Below, piece after piece: positions 28,551-36,649 of a stretch of DNA of 64,000 nt. The DNA comes from Candidatus Calditenuaceae archaeon (GTDB taxonomy: Archaea; Thermoproteota; Nitrososphaeria_A; Caldarchaeales; Calditenuaceae): the NCBI GenBank assembly GCA_025059595.1, contig JANXDI010000015.1, positions 25,872 to 89,871 on the forward strand, in the 5' to 3' direction. The translations under genes were made by a program, and so were the position numbers. The number at the start of each line of letters is the position of its first letter. Positions within the stretch are counted from its first letter, which is position 1. Under the pieces are notes generated by a model. That model had not been told where the DNA came from. It saw only the letters and a program-made list of their open reading frames with translations, and did no database searches.

Positions 28551-29642
28551 ATGAGTATTGAGGAAAGGAAGAGGGACCACATTAGAATTGCGCTGGAGAG
28601 TGAGTCGGCGCAGAGGGGCAGCAACTGGCTCGAATACGTACATATGATACCGAGAGCGGTCCCTGACATTAACGTAAACGACGTTGAAATCTCTGCTACT
28701 TTCTTGGGGAGGTGGTTTTCGGCACCTTTTTTGATCGAGGGGATGACCGGTGGGACTGAGGAGGGTGCACGGATTAATGCCGTTCTAGCTGCTGCTGCTG
28801 AGCGGGCACGCATTCCTATGGGAGTCGGAAGTCAGAGAGCTGGTATAGTGAGGCCGGAGCTCCGCTATACGTTCAGGGCTGCTCGCGAGGCGGGGCAGGG
28901 GGCTTTTCTCATAGCGAATATCGGAGCGGCGCAGTTGGTGAAGCATGGAGTTGGGTTGGCGTGGGAGGCGGTGAAGATGATAGAGGCAGACGCTCTGGCG
29001 ATTCATGTCAACTTGATACAAGAGATTATTCAGCCCGAAGGCGACCGCGAATTTAGAGGCTTCCTAAAACTCGCACGAGATGTCTGTAGGGAGATTGGAG
29101 TACCTGTAATTGTGAAGGAGGTAGGTTGCGGAATATCCTACGAAGACGCCGTCGCCCTAAAGAATATCGGAATTTCAGCCGTAGATGTTGCAGGTAAAGG
29201 AGGAACAAGCTGGATCGAAATTGAGAGGATGAGGGCGCTAGATGCCGGGAGGCACGATAGGGCACGACTGGCTGAGGTCTTTACGGACTGGGGTATTCCG
29301 ACCGCTGCGTCTGTGCTTGAAGCTGTTAAAGTTGAGGGGCTGGAGGTGGTCGGTTCGGGCGGCATTAGGAATGGCCTTGAAGTGGCTAAGCTTCTTCTTC
29401 TCGGAGCCTCGATGGGCGGGATGGCTATGCCCTTTCTCAGGGCGGCCGTCCGCGGTGTCGAGGAGGTTGAAAATCTGGTCAGACAACTCGGGGAGGAGCT
29501 GAAAGTAACCATGGCCCTTTGCGGCGCCACAAACCTTGCAGAGTTCAAGAAAACCCAGTATATCTTGACAGGGCGGTTAAGGGAGTGGGTGGAGCAGAGA
29601 GCGGCCAGTAGACTAAGCTTAGGACCCCAACCTAAATTATGA
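28551..29642 (+). CDS. fni: Type 2 isopentenyl-diphosphate delta-isomerase (FMN-dependent)
   Basis: 'RKRDHI', MTGG, GVGSQR, 'QEIIQPEGD', KEVGCG, GGTSW, WGIPT. Confidence 0.95.
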   Translation: MSIEERKRDHIRIALESESAQRGSNWLEYVHMIPRAVPDINVNDVEISATFLGRWFSAPFLIEGMTGGTEEGARINAVLAAAAERARIPMGVGSQRAGIVRPELRYTFRAAREAGQGAFLIANIGAAQLVKHGVGLAWEAVKMIEADALAIHVNLIQEIIQPEGDREFRGFLKLARDVCREIGVPVIVKEVGCGISYEDAVALKNIGISAVDVAGKGGTSWIEIERMRALDAGRHDRARLAEVFTDWGIPTAASVLEAVKVEGLEVVGSGGIRNGLEVAKLLLLGASMGGMAMPFLRAAVRGVEEVENLVRQLGEELKVTMALCGATNLAEFKKTQYILTGRLREWVEQRAASRLSLGPQPKL

Positions 29643-30504
29643 CGGGTAGACGTAAGTGATAGGCTAGATAGAGAATAACCGCAACCGCCATGTATGATGC
29701 CCAAGCCCTGAGAGAGGTCGTGATAATCTTCAACCCATCGAGAGGGCTGAAGGGTATTAGGTTTATCAGGCCCATGAGCGCGTTCAGCTGCCCCACTAGC
29801 ATTAGGGCGGTGGAGCTACTCGCATCCAAAAGATTGAGAAGAGTATACGCTATGTAGATGGTTGGTAACAATACCGCAGCCACCACCAAGTTTACAATAG
29901 GTCCGACTGCCGCTATTCTAGCAACGCTCCGCTGAGTGATATGACCGAATATCACAACGGCGCCTGGCGCGATGAATTTGATGGGTAGGAGGATTGAGAC
30001 TAAGCTGATTATGGAGCCAAAAAGGTTCAGTCTGAACCTCGCCCAGAATCCCTGCCTCAGCGCCTCCAGCTTATGAGCAATCTCATGAGCCAAAAAGGAG
30101 GCTACAACCGCCGCAACGACAAAAATTAAGAGGGGGGGCCCCAGCCAACCAGCCAGGGGATAAATCATCGAGAAAGTGACCCCCGCAACGATACAGGAAC
30201 CCGCGGCTAAGTGTAACACCTCTGACCCCTTCTCCATCGCAGTAAGTCTAGAGAGAAGCATCTCGGTCTTTAACGCCAGCATAGTCGCAGGACGGGGGGC
30301 CCCGCTCTGAGGCCTGGCCTCTCTCCTCTCAATCTCCATCATATTACGTGCGAGGTAGAGAGCCTTGCATTCATGAGCTTCTGGAAGCCTATGTTTTGAG
30401 CAGAAATAATCCCCACAGTAGGCGCACTTGAAGGGTAATACCTCCTCCGCCCCGCATTTGCTACAGCGCATCCTATATCCTTGACCAATCGTAAACTCCA
30501 TCAC
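29632..30504 (-). CDS. AN1-type zinc finger fused to an M50 (site-2) membrane metalloprotease
   Basis: 'CSKC...LPFKCAYCGDYFCSKHRLPEAHEC' AN1 finger; HEIAH and NLIPFSPLDG S2P motifs. Start may be ATG 30471. Confidence 0.88.
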   Translation of the reverse strand: MMEFTIGQGYRMRCSKCGAEEVLPFKCAYCGDYFCSKHRLPEAHECKALYLARNMMEIERREARPQSGAPRPATMLALKTEMLLSRLTAMEKGSEVLHLAAGSCIVAGVTFSMIYPLAGWLGPPLLIFVVAAVVASFLAHEIAHKLEALRQGFWARFRLNLFGSIISLVSILLPIKFIAPGAVVIFGHITQRSVARIAAVGPIVNLVVAAVLLPTIYIAYTLLNLLDASSSTALMLVGQLNALMGLINLIPFSPLDGLKIITTSLRAWASYMAVAVILYLAYHLRLPVII

Positions 30505-30675
30505 CGAGCCTTAAACTTTCCCCCAATAACTGAGGTCGGTGGCCTAAAACTCCACCCCGCGGCCAGCTACGACAGTCAGGGGGGTCCCTAAAATTAGAAG
30601 CTACCCCCAAGAGAACGCAAAACCATCGGTGAAAGATACATTTATGAGTATCACGTCACTGTTCTTTGAGGAGCC

Positions 30676-31815
30676 GTGGTAACACTTACGCCTTCTTCAG
30701 GAGATAATATGGGCATCATGTTCCAGCTACTGTGGTTCCTCTTCCTCTTGACCTTCTTCTTCATCTATCCCTACTTTGGGCAGAGAACACAGCTGGCTTT
30801 TGTCCTCAGGTACATTGAGAAGAGACTCGCTATTCTCAAGCAAGTAAGGGACGAGGTCAGGGATAGGACAATCAGCACCATCAAAACATACATTGAGGGG
30901 GGCAAGGACTCCTCCTCAATTGAGAAAGAGTTAGACAATCTGATGGAGTTCTTCTATATTGCCCCAGAGTCGATGGACCCATCCGGAATAGTGTACAAGT
31001 TAGAGCATATTCTAGAGATTGGTGACTCTCGGTTTGAGGAGAGCGTAGCGAGGATGGCGCCTAGGGCTGATGTTCACCGGGTTAAGACGCTAACGAACCT
31101 AGTTGAGGTCGCCAGGGCCCTTAACTTAATCTATAGAGTCGTGAGGCATTATTATCTCTTGGGCAGAAGGACGGCGAACTATTTTCTAGCTCTTCAAATA
31201 CAGATACAGTTACCCATGATCATGGAGCTGGCTGAGTCGTATAGGCAGGCATCCTACGCTTTTCTCAAAGGTCTGCCTATAGGCGATGGGATAGGTGTCT
31301 TGTCTGCCGCGAGATTCGTCAGGGAGAGTAAGAAGATATCAGAGACCGAGATAGCCAAGGACACGTGGCTTGACGTCGTAGAGTTTGAGGGTAGGAAAGT
31401 GTTTGTGGTCCGACCAATTGGCCCCGGTGGAACAGTTGGGCGGCCTGGTGAGGCAGTTAGAAAGCTGGTCTACGAGATGGACACCAACCCTGACCTGATA
31501 ATAACTATTGATGCGGCCTTGAAGCTTGAGGGCGAGGAGACTGGGAAAATAGCTGAAGGTGTTGGAGTCGCGATAGGAGGCCCGGGAATAGACAAATTCA
31601 AAATAGAGACGCTCGCGAAGGAGAAAGGTGTTCCGCTCTACGCAATCGTGATATATCAGTCAATAATAGAGGCGATAACGCCCATGAGGGAGAACATCCT
31701 GAAGTCAGCAGACACGGTGGTGAACAGAGTGAAGGAGCTGATAAGAGACAAAGTCCCCTCAAACGGGACTGCAATCGTGGCCGGAATAGGGAACACAATA
31801 GGAGTGGGCCTTTAA
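30676..31815 (+). CDS. DUF1512 family membrane-anchored protein
   Basis: 'DPSGIV.KLEH', 'PIGDGIG', 'GPGGTVGRPG', 'ITIDAALKLEGE', C-terminal 'GIGNTIGVG'. Confidence 0.8.
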   Translation: MVTLTPSSGDNMGIMFQLLWFLFLLTFFFIYPYFGQRTQLAFVLRYIEKRLAILKQVRDEVRDRTISTIKTYIEGGKDSSSIEKELDNLMEFFYIAPESMDPSGIVYKLEHILEIGDSRFEESVARMAPRADVHRVKTLTNLVEVARALNLIYRVVRHYYLLGRRTANYFLALQIQIQLPMIMELAESYRQASYAFLKGLPIGDGIGVLSAARFVRESKKISETEIAKDTWLDVVEFEGRKVFVVRPIGPGGTVGRPGEAVRKLVYEMDTNPDLIITIDAALKLEGEETGKIAEGVGVAIGGPGIDKFKIETLAKEKGVPLYAIVIYQSIIEAITPMRENILKSADTVVNRVKELIRDKVPSNGTAIVAGIGNTIGVGL

Positions 31816-31830
31816 GGCAGTGGTCACAAC

Positions 31831-32070
31831 ATGCAAGAGAATGTGAAAGGATTCGGTCAAGAAGGCGCCTTGGCTAGGGCTAGGATTGTTCAGTTTAATC
31901 CCATCACGCAGTTAAAGTGCAAGAGCTGCAGTGCGATTCACACAAGGCCGCACAAAGATGGAGACTATATCTTCAATAGTGTAGAGGAAAAGTGTCCGAA
32001 CTGTGGAGGAACCTCACATTTGATAATAGGCATCTATGTAGAAGACCAGAAGCAGCCCAAGCCTAAGTAA
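31831..32070 (+). CDS. Small zinc-ribbon protein
   Basis: CKSC...'GDYIF'...CPNC...'IIGIY'; co-directional with DUF1512. Confidence 0.7.
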   Translation: MQENVKGFGQEGALARARIVQFNPITQLKCKSCSAIHTRPHKDGDYIFNSVEEKCPNCGGTSHLIIGIYVEDQKQPKPK

Positions 32071-32099
32071 AAACCCTCAATCCTACTCTCAGCCGAACT

Positions 32100-33365
32100 T
32101 TAAGCAAGCTCCCTCTTGGCAAGAGCGGCCTCACGAGACACGTAAGAATGAGGCTCTATCCGGGCGTTAGTCAGTAGCGACCCTCTCTCTACAACAGAGT
32201 TGTCCCCGACGATGCTTACCCCAATTACAACGGTAGGCTCAGTCCTCGAGGACAAAATCTTCGCATGCCTCGCGATAATCGCATCCTGAACATAACCTCC
32301 CTCACCTACATAAACCCTGTCGTGGAGGGCGGACCTCTCAATTGTTACGCCGTCACCTATATAGCAGTAGTTATCGATGTATGCGTCACCTATGATGACG
32401 TCGTCTCCAATCTGGCAGTGCCTACCTATTAGGACATTTCCATCAACCTTTATTCTACCCTCTTTGACTTTTCTAAGAATCTCGTCTCTCCTCCTGATGG
32501 AGGCTTGGCTCTGCCCAAGTATCCAGAGCCGTGAGCTCCCGTGCTCGTAGATTGGCGGGCCGAAGAAATTATTCATCAATCCGCTGTCCATGATTCTCAT
32601 CATGGATTCAAGGTAGAGTTCGGGCGTTCCAACGTCATACCATTCTCCGCTAGTCTCGTATGCGTAGACTTTATACCCCTTCTTTATCAGGTAGGGGATG
32701 AAGTCTAGCCCAAAATCTAGACGCCGAAGAGTGGCTTTCCTCGCTCTTATGTCCGGGTCTAAGCAAATCTTCCGAGAGTCATGCGAAAACAGGTATATTC
32801 CAGTACTCGCAAGGTTTGATGGCGCTTCTTCCCGGGGGGGCTTCTCCACAAAACCACTAACCCGCATCGCTCCATCCACATCCACCACACCGTAGGCAGA
32901 CGGGTCGGAGACACGCTTCACCACCAAAGTAGCGAAAGCAGAGTTATCCTCATGATATTCTAAAAGATCTTTCAAGTCTAAGTGAAAAATATTGTCCCCT
33001 TGAGCCACAATCACAGGTGTGTTAACGTCGTAGTATTCTAGATTGATTAGAAAACTGTCCGCACTACCCACATCATCGATATTAGGCTGATATTTGATTG
33101 AAATTCTGGGAGAGATTCCGTATTTCAGCGAAATTCCGTGCCCTTCCTGAAAATAGTCGAAAAGGGACCGATAATTTATGTATCCCTTCACGCCGAAGAT
33201 GAAGTTTCTGACGCCCTGCTGGGCGAGGTGCAATATGGTGTATTCAATTAGGGGGCGTCCAAGGAATCTGATTAAAGCCTTAGAGACTTCGAGGGTGAGG
33301 GGCTGAAGCCTCTTAGCCATGCCTCCAACGGGAATGAAGGCATGAAGCTCTGAAACTTGAGCCAA
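32100..33365 (-). CDS. NDP-sugar synthase (sugar-1-phosphate nucleotidyltransferase with left-handed beta-helix)
   Basis: 'VGGMAKRLQPLT...SKAL', 'QGDN', 'FVEKP', 'WYDVGTP', hexapeptide C-terminus. Confidence 0.88.
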   Translation of the reverse strand: MAQVSELHAFIPVGGMAKRLQPLTLEVSKALIRFLGRPLIEYTILHLAQQGVRNFIFGVKGYINYRSLFDYFQEGHGISLKYGISPRISIKYQPNIDDVGSADSFLINLEYYDVNTPVIVAQGDNIFHLDLKDLLEYHEDNSAFATLVVKRVSDPSAYGVVDVDGAMRVSGFVEKPPREEAPSNLASTGIYLFSHDSRKICLDPDIRARKATLRRLDFGLDFIPYLIKKGYKVYAYETSGEWYDVGTPELYLESMMRIMDSGLMNNFFGPPIYEHGSSRLWILGQSQASIRRRDEILRKVKEGRIKVDGNVLIGRHCQIGDDVIIGDAYIDNYCYIGDGVTIERSALHDRVYVGEGGYVQDAIIARHAKILSSRTEPTVVIGVSIVGDNSVVERGSLLTNARIEPHSYVSREAALAKRELA

Positions 33366-33463
33366 TCCATCATCAATTATTCACACCAAGCTTGATAAGC
33401 ATTTCCCCTAAGAGAATTAAAACCATAAATCATCCCCACTATAAAGTGTATGATGCTGCAGAA

Positions 33464-33841
33464 GTGAGACGGCCCAGTCCACGCGAATTAAGGAGAATGC
33501 AGGAGAGAATGCTGAGCAGTCTGGGACTCTCTATGGAGGAGCTGGGCCATGCTAAACGTGTCACAATCGAGCTCGAGAGTAAAACTATAAAGATAAATGG
33601 GCCGACCGTGGTGGCTATCAACTCTCAGGCTGGAAGGATTTATCAAATTGTCGGCGGTGAGGAGGCTGAAGCCGTAGAGAGAGAGGTCGAGGAGAAGGCT
33701 GCCTATGAGCCTAGCCCAGAGGATATAGCCCTTGTCGCCGCCCAAGCGGGGGTTCAGCCGGAAGTGGCGAGGGAGGCTCTAATAGAGTCTGAAGGCGATT
33801 TAGCTCGCGCAATCATAAACCTCAAGACTAAGAGGGGATAG
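33464..33841 (+). CDS. nac: Nascent polypeptide-associated complex protein (aNAC)
   Basis: 'PRELRRM', 'IYQIVG', UBA-like 'EDIALVAAQAGV...GDLARAI'. GTG 33464 chosen as start. Confidence 0.9.
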   Translation: MRRPSPRELRRMQERMLSSLGLSMEELGHAKRVTIELESKTIKINGPTVVAINSQAGRIYQIVGGEEAEAVEREVEEKAAYEPSPEDIALVAAQAGVQPEVAREALIESEGDLARAIINLKTKRG

Positions 33842-33848
33842 AATCCCT

Positions 33849-35573
33849 TCAGGGCTTTCTTGCGAGGAGTATTGGGAGTGATTGGAGTAGGTCTTGAATC
33901 TGCTCTCTCCCATGCTGCGCCTCCAGATTATCAACCAAAACATCATCCAGGACTATTCCGCCGAGGAAATGTATGAGGGACCGTAGCTGGTCTATGCCGA
34001 GCGCAGGGATAAGTTCAAGGAAGCTATTAGAGTAGTGGTGCCTGTAGAGGGGTGTCTCGGCTCCGTGGGCTGATAGACTTGGCATTAAGGCCCTGTCGAT
34101 AGATTGTATTCTAGCGGACATCTGGCTCGGCCATCGGGAGGCTATCAACACTCTGGCCCTCAGAGAAGACACGTTGTTGGCCGCTGTCATGAGACATCTG
34201 AGGACGCGCATTAAAGATACATACAGGGTCTCGGAGTCATTAATGAGCGGCTTAAGTGCCTCAGCCAAGCCTATGGGTGCAAGGAGATTCAACAGCCTCA
34301 AGCTCGGAGCGTCTCTGTGGAGCTTGCTGAGATAATGTGTACAACGTTCCAAATATTTGCCAAGCCTACCTAGCGAAACAGCGGCCTGCTCGATGAATAT
34401 GGACTCCTCACATTCTCCGTCCTTTAAGAGCCTTAAGATGTTTATACCAATGAAAGATTGAATTCCGAAACCGCCAGGAACAGAGGACCTAATCGCGAAT
34501 TGCGTGAAAAATGTGGCACCGTCTTGATGGAGGCTATAAAGGAGCGGGTCTGATGACTTAGCTGGCAAACCTAAACTTATTCTACCAGCCCATGCGAAAC
34601 GCCTTAAGACATCGTCAATCTTAAGATTGCTCTTAAAGCTCGGCAGATGACCTCCATCCCCCCTTATCGAGAAATCGATGAGGTCATAGATACTTTCAGG
34701 AAGCCCGTAGCAGGGGTCTGGCGAAAATCTATGGCCTGACTCCCCGCCAGCCTTCACTAGGAAGTCGTTGAACACTATGCTCAGCATTCTCTGAGGAGTA
34801 CTTTCATCTCCTCCCTCTAGCGACGCGCTGAAGATATGGGTGGGGGTCATGGCCGCAGGATATAGGTCGAGCTCGCCGAGCAGGTACTGTCTCTTCAGCT
34901 GCCTCGGGAAAAGCTTTTCTACGACAAGCCTCTGAGAAAGTGTCTCGTATACGTATCGGTTGAAATATTCGCGGCTGCCCTTTTCGAGGGATTTTTGAAA
35001 CGCGGCATGGAGCATGTGTATGGGAGGGGCGGATGGCGCGATGTTTGAAGTCTTATCTATGTCAACTTTACTCATAATCAACTCGGCTCTGATGTAGTCT
35101 TCCACAAGCCAGCGGGGAATTATGTTGGCATGAAGCTCTTCAAGCCTCTTCTCAACTAAAACGCTGACCCGACGTGCGAGGTCCGCCGAGGTCTGCAGAG
35201 CCTCAGCTATGTATTCAGCCAAGACTCCTCTGTGAATGGGTTCAACTGAATAATCCCAATTCTGCACGAATACCCCACCTGATATTGACCGCCTATGGAG
35301 ATTCCTCACCATATCGAGCATGTTTTTTCCAAGCGATGTTAGCGAGTAGGTGCGCGTCTTGCTTGAATATTCGATAAGACCGGCCCGCATGAGTGTTTTG
35401 AGATGATAAGTAAATTTCCCAACGGCTCCCTGCTCTCCCAGCCTCGTGTATTTTATCAGCTCTGAGAAGCTCATCTGTGCAGTTTGCAGAGCCTCAATAA
35501 TTGAAAGCCTGATGGGTGAGGAGATTGCTTTGATTATCTGGACTATCTCGGTGTTATCATCCTCTCCTCTCAT
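33849..35573 (-). CDS. ArsR-type HTH + degenerate ATP-cone + inactive NrdD-like domain (putative regulator)
   Basis: 'SSPIRLSII...FSEL...YHLKTL...YSLTSLG' wHTH, then an ATP-cone-like segment and NrdD-like remnants; no glycyl-radical loop. Confidence 0.65.
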   Translation of the reverse strand: MRGEDDNTEIVQIIKAISSPIRLSIIEALQTAQMSFSELIKYTRLGEQGAVGKFTYHLKTLMRAGLIEYSSKTRTYSLTSLGKNMLDMVRNLHRRSISGGVFVQNWDYSVEPIHRGVLAEYIAEALQTSADLARRVSVLVEKRLEELHANIIPRWLVEDYIRAELIMSKVDIDKTSNIAPSAPPIHMLHAAFQKSLEKGSREYFNRYVYETLSQRLVVEKLFPRQLKRQYLLGELDLYPAAMTPTHIFSASLEGGDESTPQRMLSIVFNDFLVKAGGESGHRFSPDPCYGLPESIYDLIDFSIRGDGGHLPSFKSNLKIDDVLRRFAWAGRISLGLPAKSSDPLLYSLHQDGATFFTQFAIRSSVPGGFGIQSFIGINILRLLKDGECEESIFIEQAAVSLGRLGKYLERCTHYLSKLHRDAPSLRLLNLLAPIGLAEALKPLINDSETLYVSLMRVLRCLMTAANNVSSLRARVLIASRWPSQMSARIQSIDRALMPSLSAHGAETPLYRHHYSNSFLELIPALGIDQLRSLIHFLGGIVLDDVLVDNLEAQHGREQIQDLLQSLPILLARKP

Positions 35574-35673
35574 AACCGAGCTTCATAGAGCGTGTCCACG
35601 TCTAAAGCTTTTACTAGCCTTTCGGCGCGATACCTTAAATTACCCCCTGCCGAAAAATAAGGCGCGGAAGGGC

Positions 35674-35747
35674 GGGCCCGTAGCTCAGCCAGGTGGAGCG
35701 GCCGGCTCATAACCGGTAGGTCGTGGGTTCGAATCCCACCGGGCCCA
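35674..35747 (+). tRNA. tRNA with CAU anticodon, most likely tRNA-Ile2 (agmatidine-modified)
   Basis: GGGCCCG/CGGGCCC acceptor stem, GCTC/GAGC D stem, GCCGG-CTCATAA-CCGGT anticodon arm, GTGGG-TTCGAAT-CCCAC T arm, A73. GGGCCC start is Ile-like rather than Met-like. No intron; CCA not encoded. Confidence 0.9.
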
Positions 35748-35850
35748 ACATTCACACTGCACGGCATGGTTTTCAGAGAAACAACACTCCGAAACGAGTT
35801 TTCTAATAGCTAGCGAATTCGGTTGAAAGCTGTGGAAATTTGCTGAGATG

Positions 35851-36399
35851 TTATTGAGGCTGTTTGCTTCTCCACCTCATGATGAAGCCGAGGCCTCCCG
35901 AGATTGCTCCTGCCGCGAGAATCAGTATGAATATTGTAATCCATAGCGGGTATCCGAGTGGAATTCCGTAGAAGATGTTTGTATGGACCTGTCCCGGGTT
36001 CCATCCCCGTCCGCCCACTTCGGGCGGGAGCATCGCTGCTCCACCCAGATAGCCTCCCAGCATCATCAGCCACGTCGCGCCCACGACACCTACGTTCATC
36101 AGAATTAGGTGGACCCAGGCTAGCTTTTCGGCCAGACCCGAGTAGGGCTTTTCAAGTACAGATTCGATGTAATTGTAGAATAGGGCTGTCACAGCTACAC
36201 CCATCACACCCACTATAAGGTATGTGAGGTATCCCATGGTGAACCACATGCCTGCCGAGCCGAATGCTATGACCCTGCTCGGCTCCGGTCTCAGAAAGAA
36301 AATCTGCCCGACTACGATGTAGAGGGTTATTAATGTGGCTAGCGCTCCTTGGATGATTGCGGCTCCTATGAACCTTGAAGCCCATTTACTAACTTTCAT
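35851..36399 (-). CDS. Four-TM membrane protein resembling the C-terminal helices of heme-copper oxidase subunit I
   Basis: Four hydrophobic segments; 'LAWVHLILMNVG...MLGGYLG'; lacks the full set of HCO His ligands. Confidence 0.5.
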   Translation of the reverse strand: MKVSKWASRFIGAAIIQGALATLITLYIVVGQIFFLRPEPSRVIAFGSAGMWFTMGYLTYLIVGVMGVAVTALFYNYIESVLEKPYSGLAEKLAWVHLILMNVGVVGATWLMMLGGYLGGAAMLPPEVGGRGWNPGQVHTNIFYGIPLGYPLWITIFILILAAGAISGGLGFIMRWRSKQPQ

Positions 36400-36649
36400 A
36401 TAATTTCAACCATTTACATAATTTTCTGGGTGAGATTTATACCTTAACACAATAAACTGTCCCGTGAAGGTGCAAAAACTCGATACTCAGCAGTCTTTGC
36501 TGTTCGAAATAACCAATTAAGGAGCTTTTACCGTCCTACGCAAGCGTAATCAGGCCGCGCCTTCAGCTTATGGATGTTCTTTTGGGCCTCCATTCTAGCT
36601 AGGCTTGGGTCTAAATACTCCTTAATGCTGGGAGCTATGTGGCTGTAGT

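Noticed and set aside
30520-30615. Possible H/ACA RNA or riboswitch (two GC-rich hairpins)
   Set aside because: No convincing K-turn, ACA placement or known aptamer consensus; the region is a divergent promoter.
35674-35747. tRNA-Met (initiator or elongator)
   Set aside because: No A1:U72 pair or GGG/CCC anticodon-stem signature; the GGGCCC acceptor is typical of archaeal tRNA-Ile.
36528-36593. 21-aa minus-strand ORF (MEAQKNIHKLKARPDYACVGR) upstream of the HCO-like gene
   Set aside because: Length expected by chance; no supporting motif.
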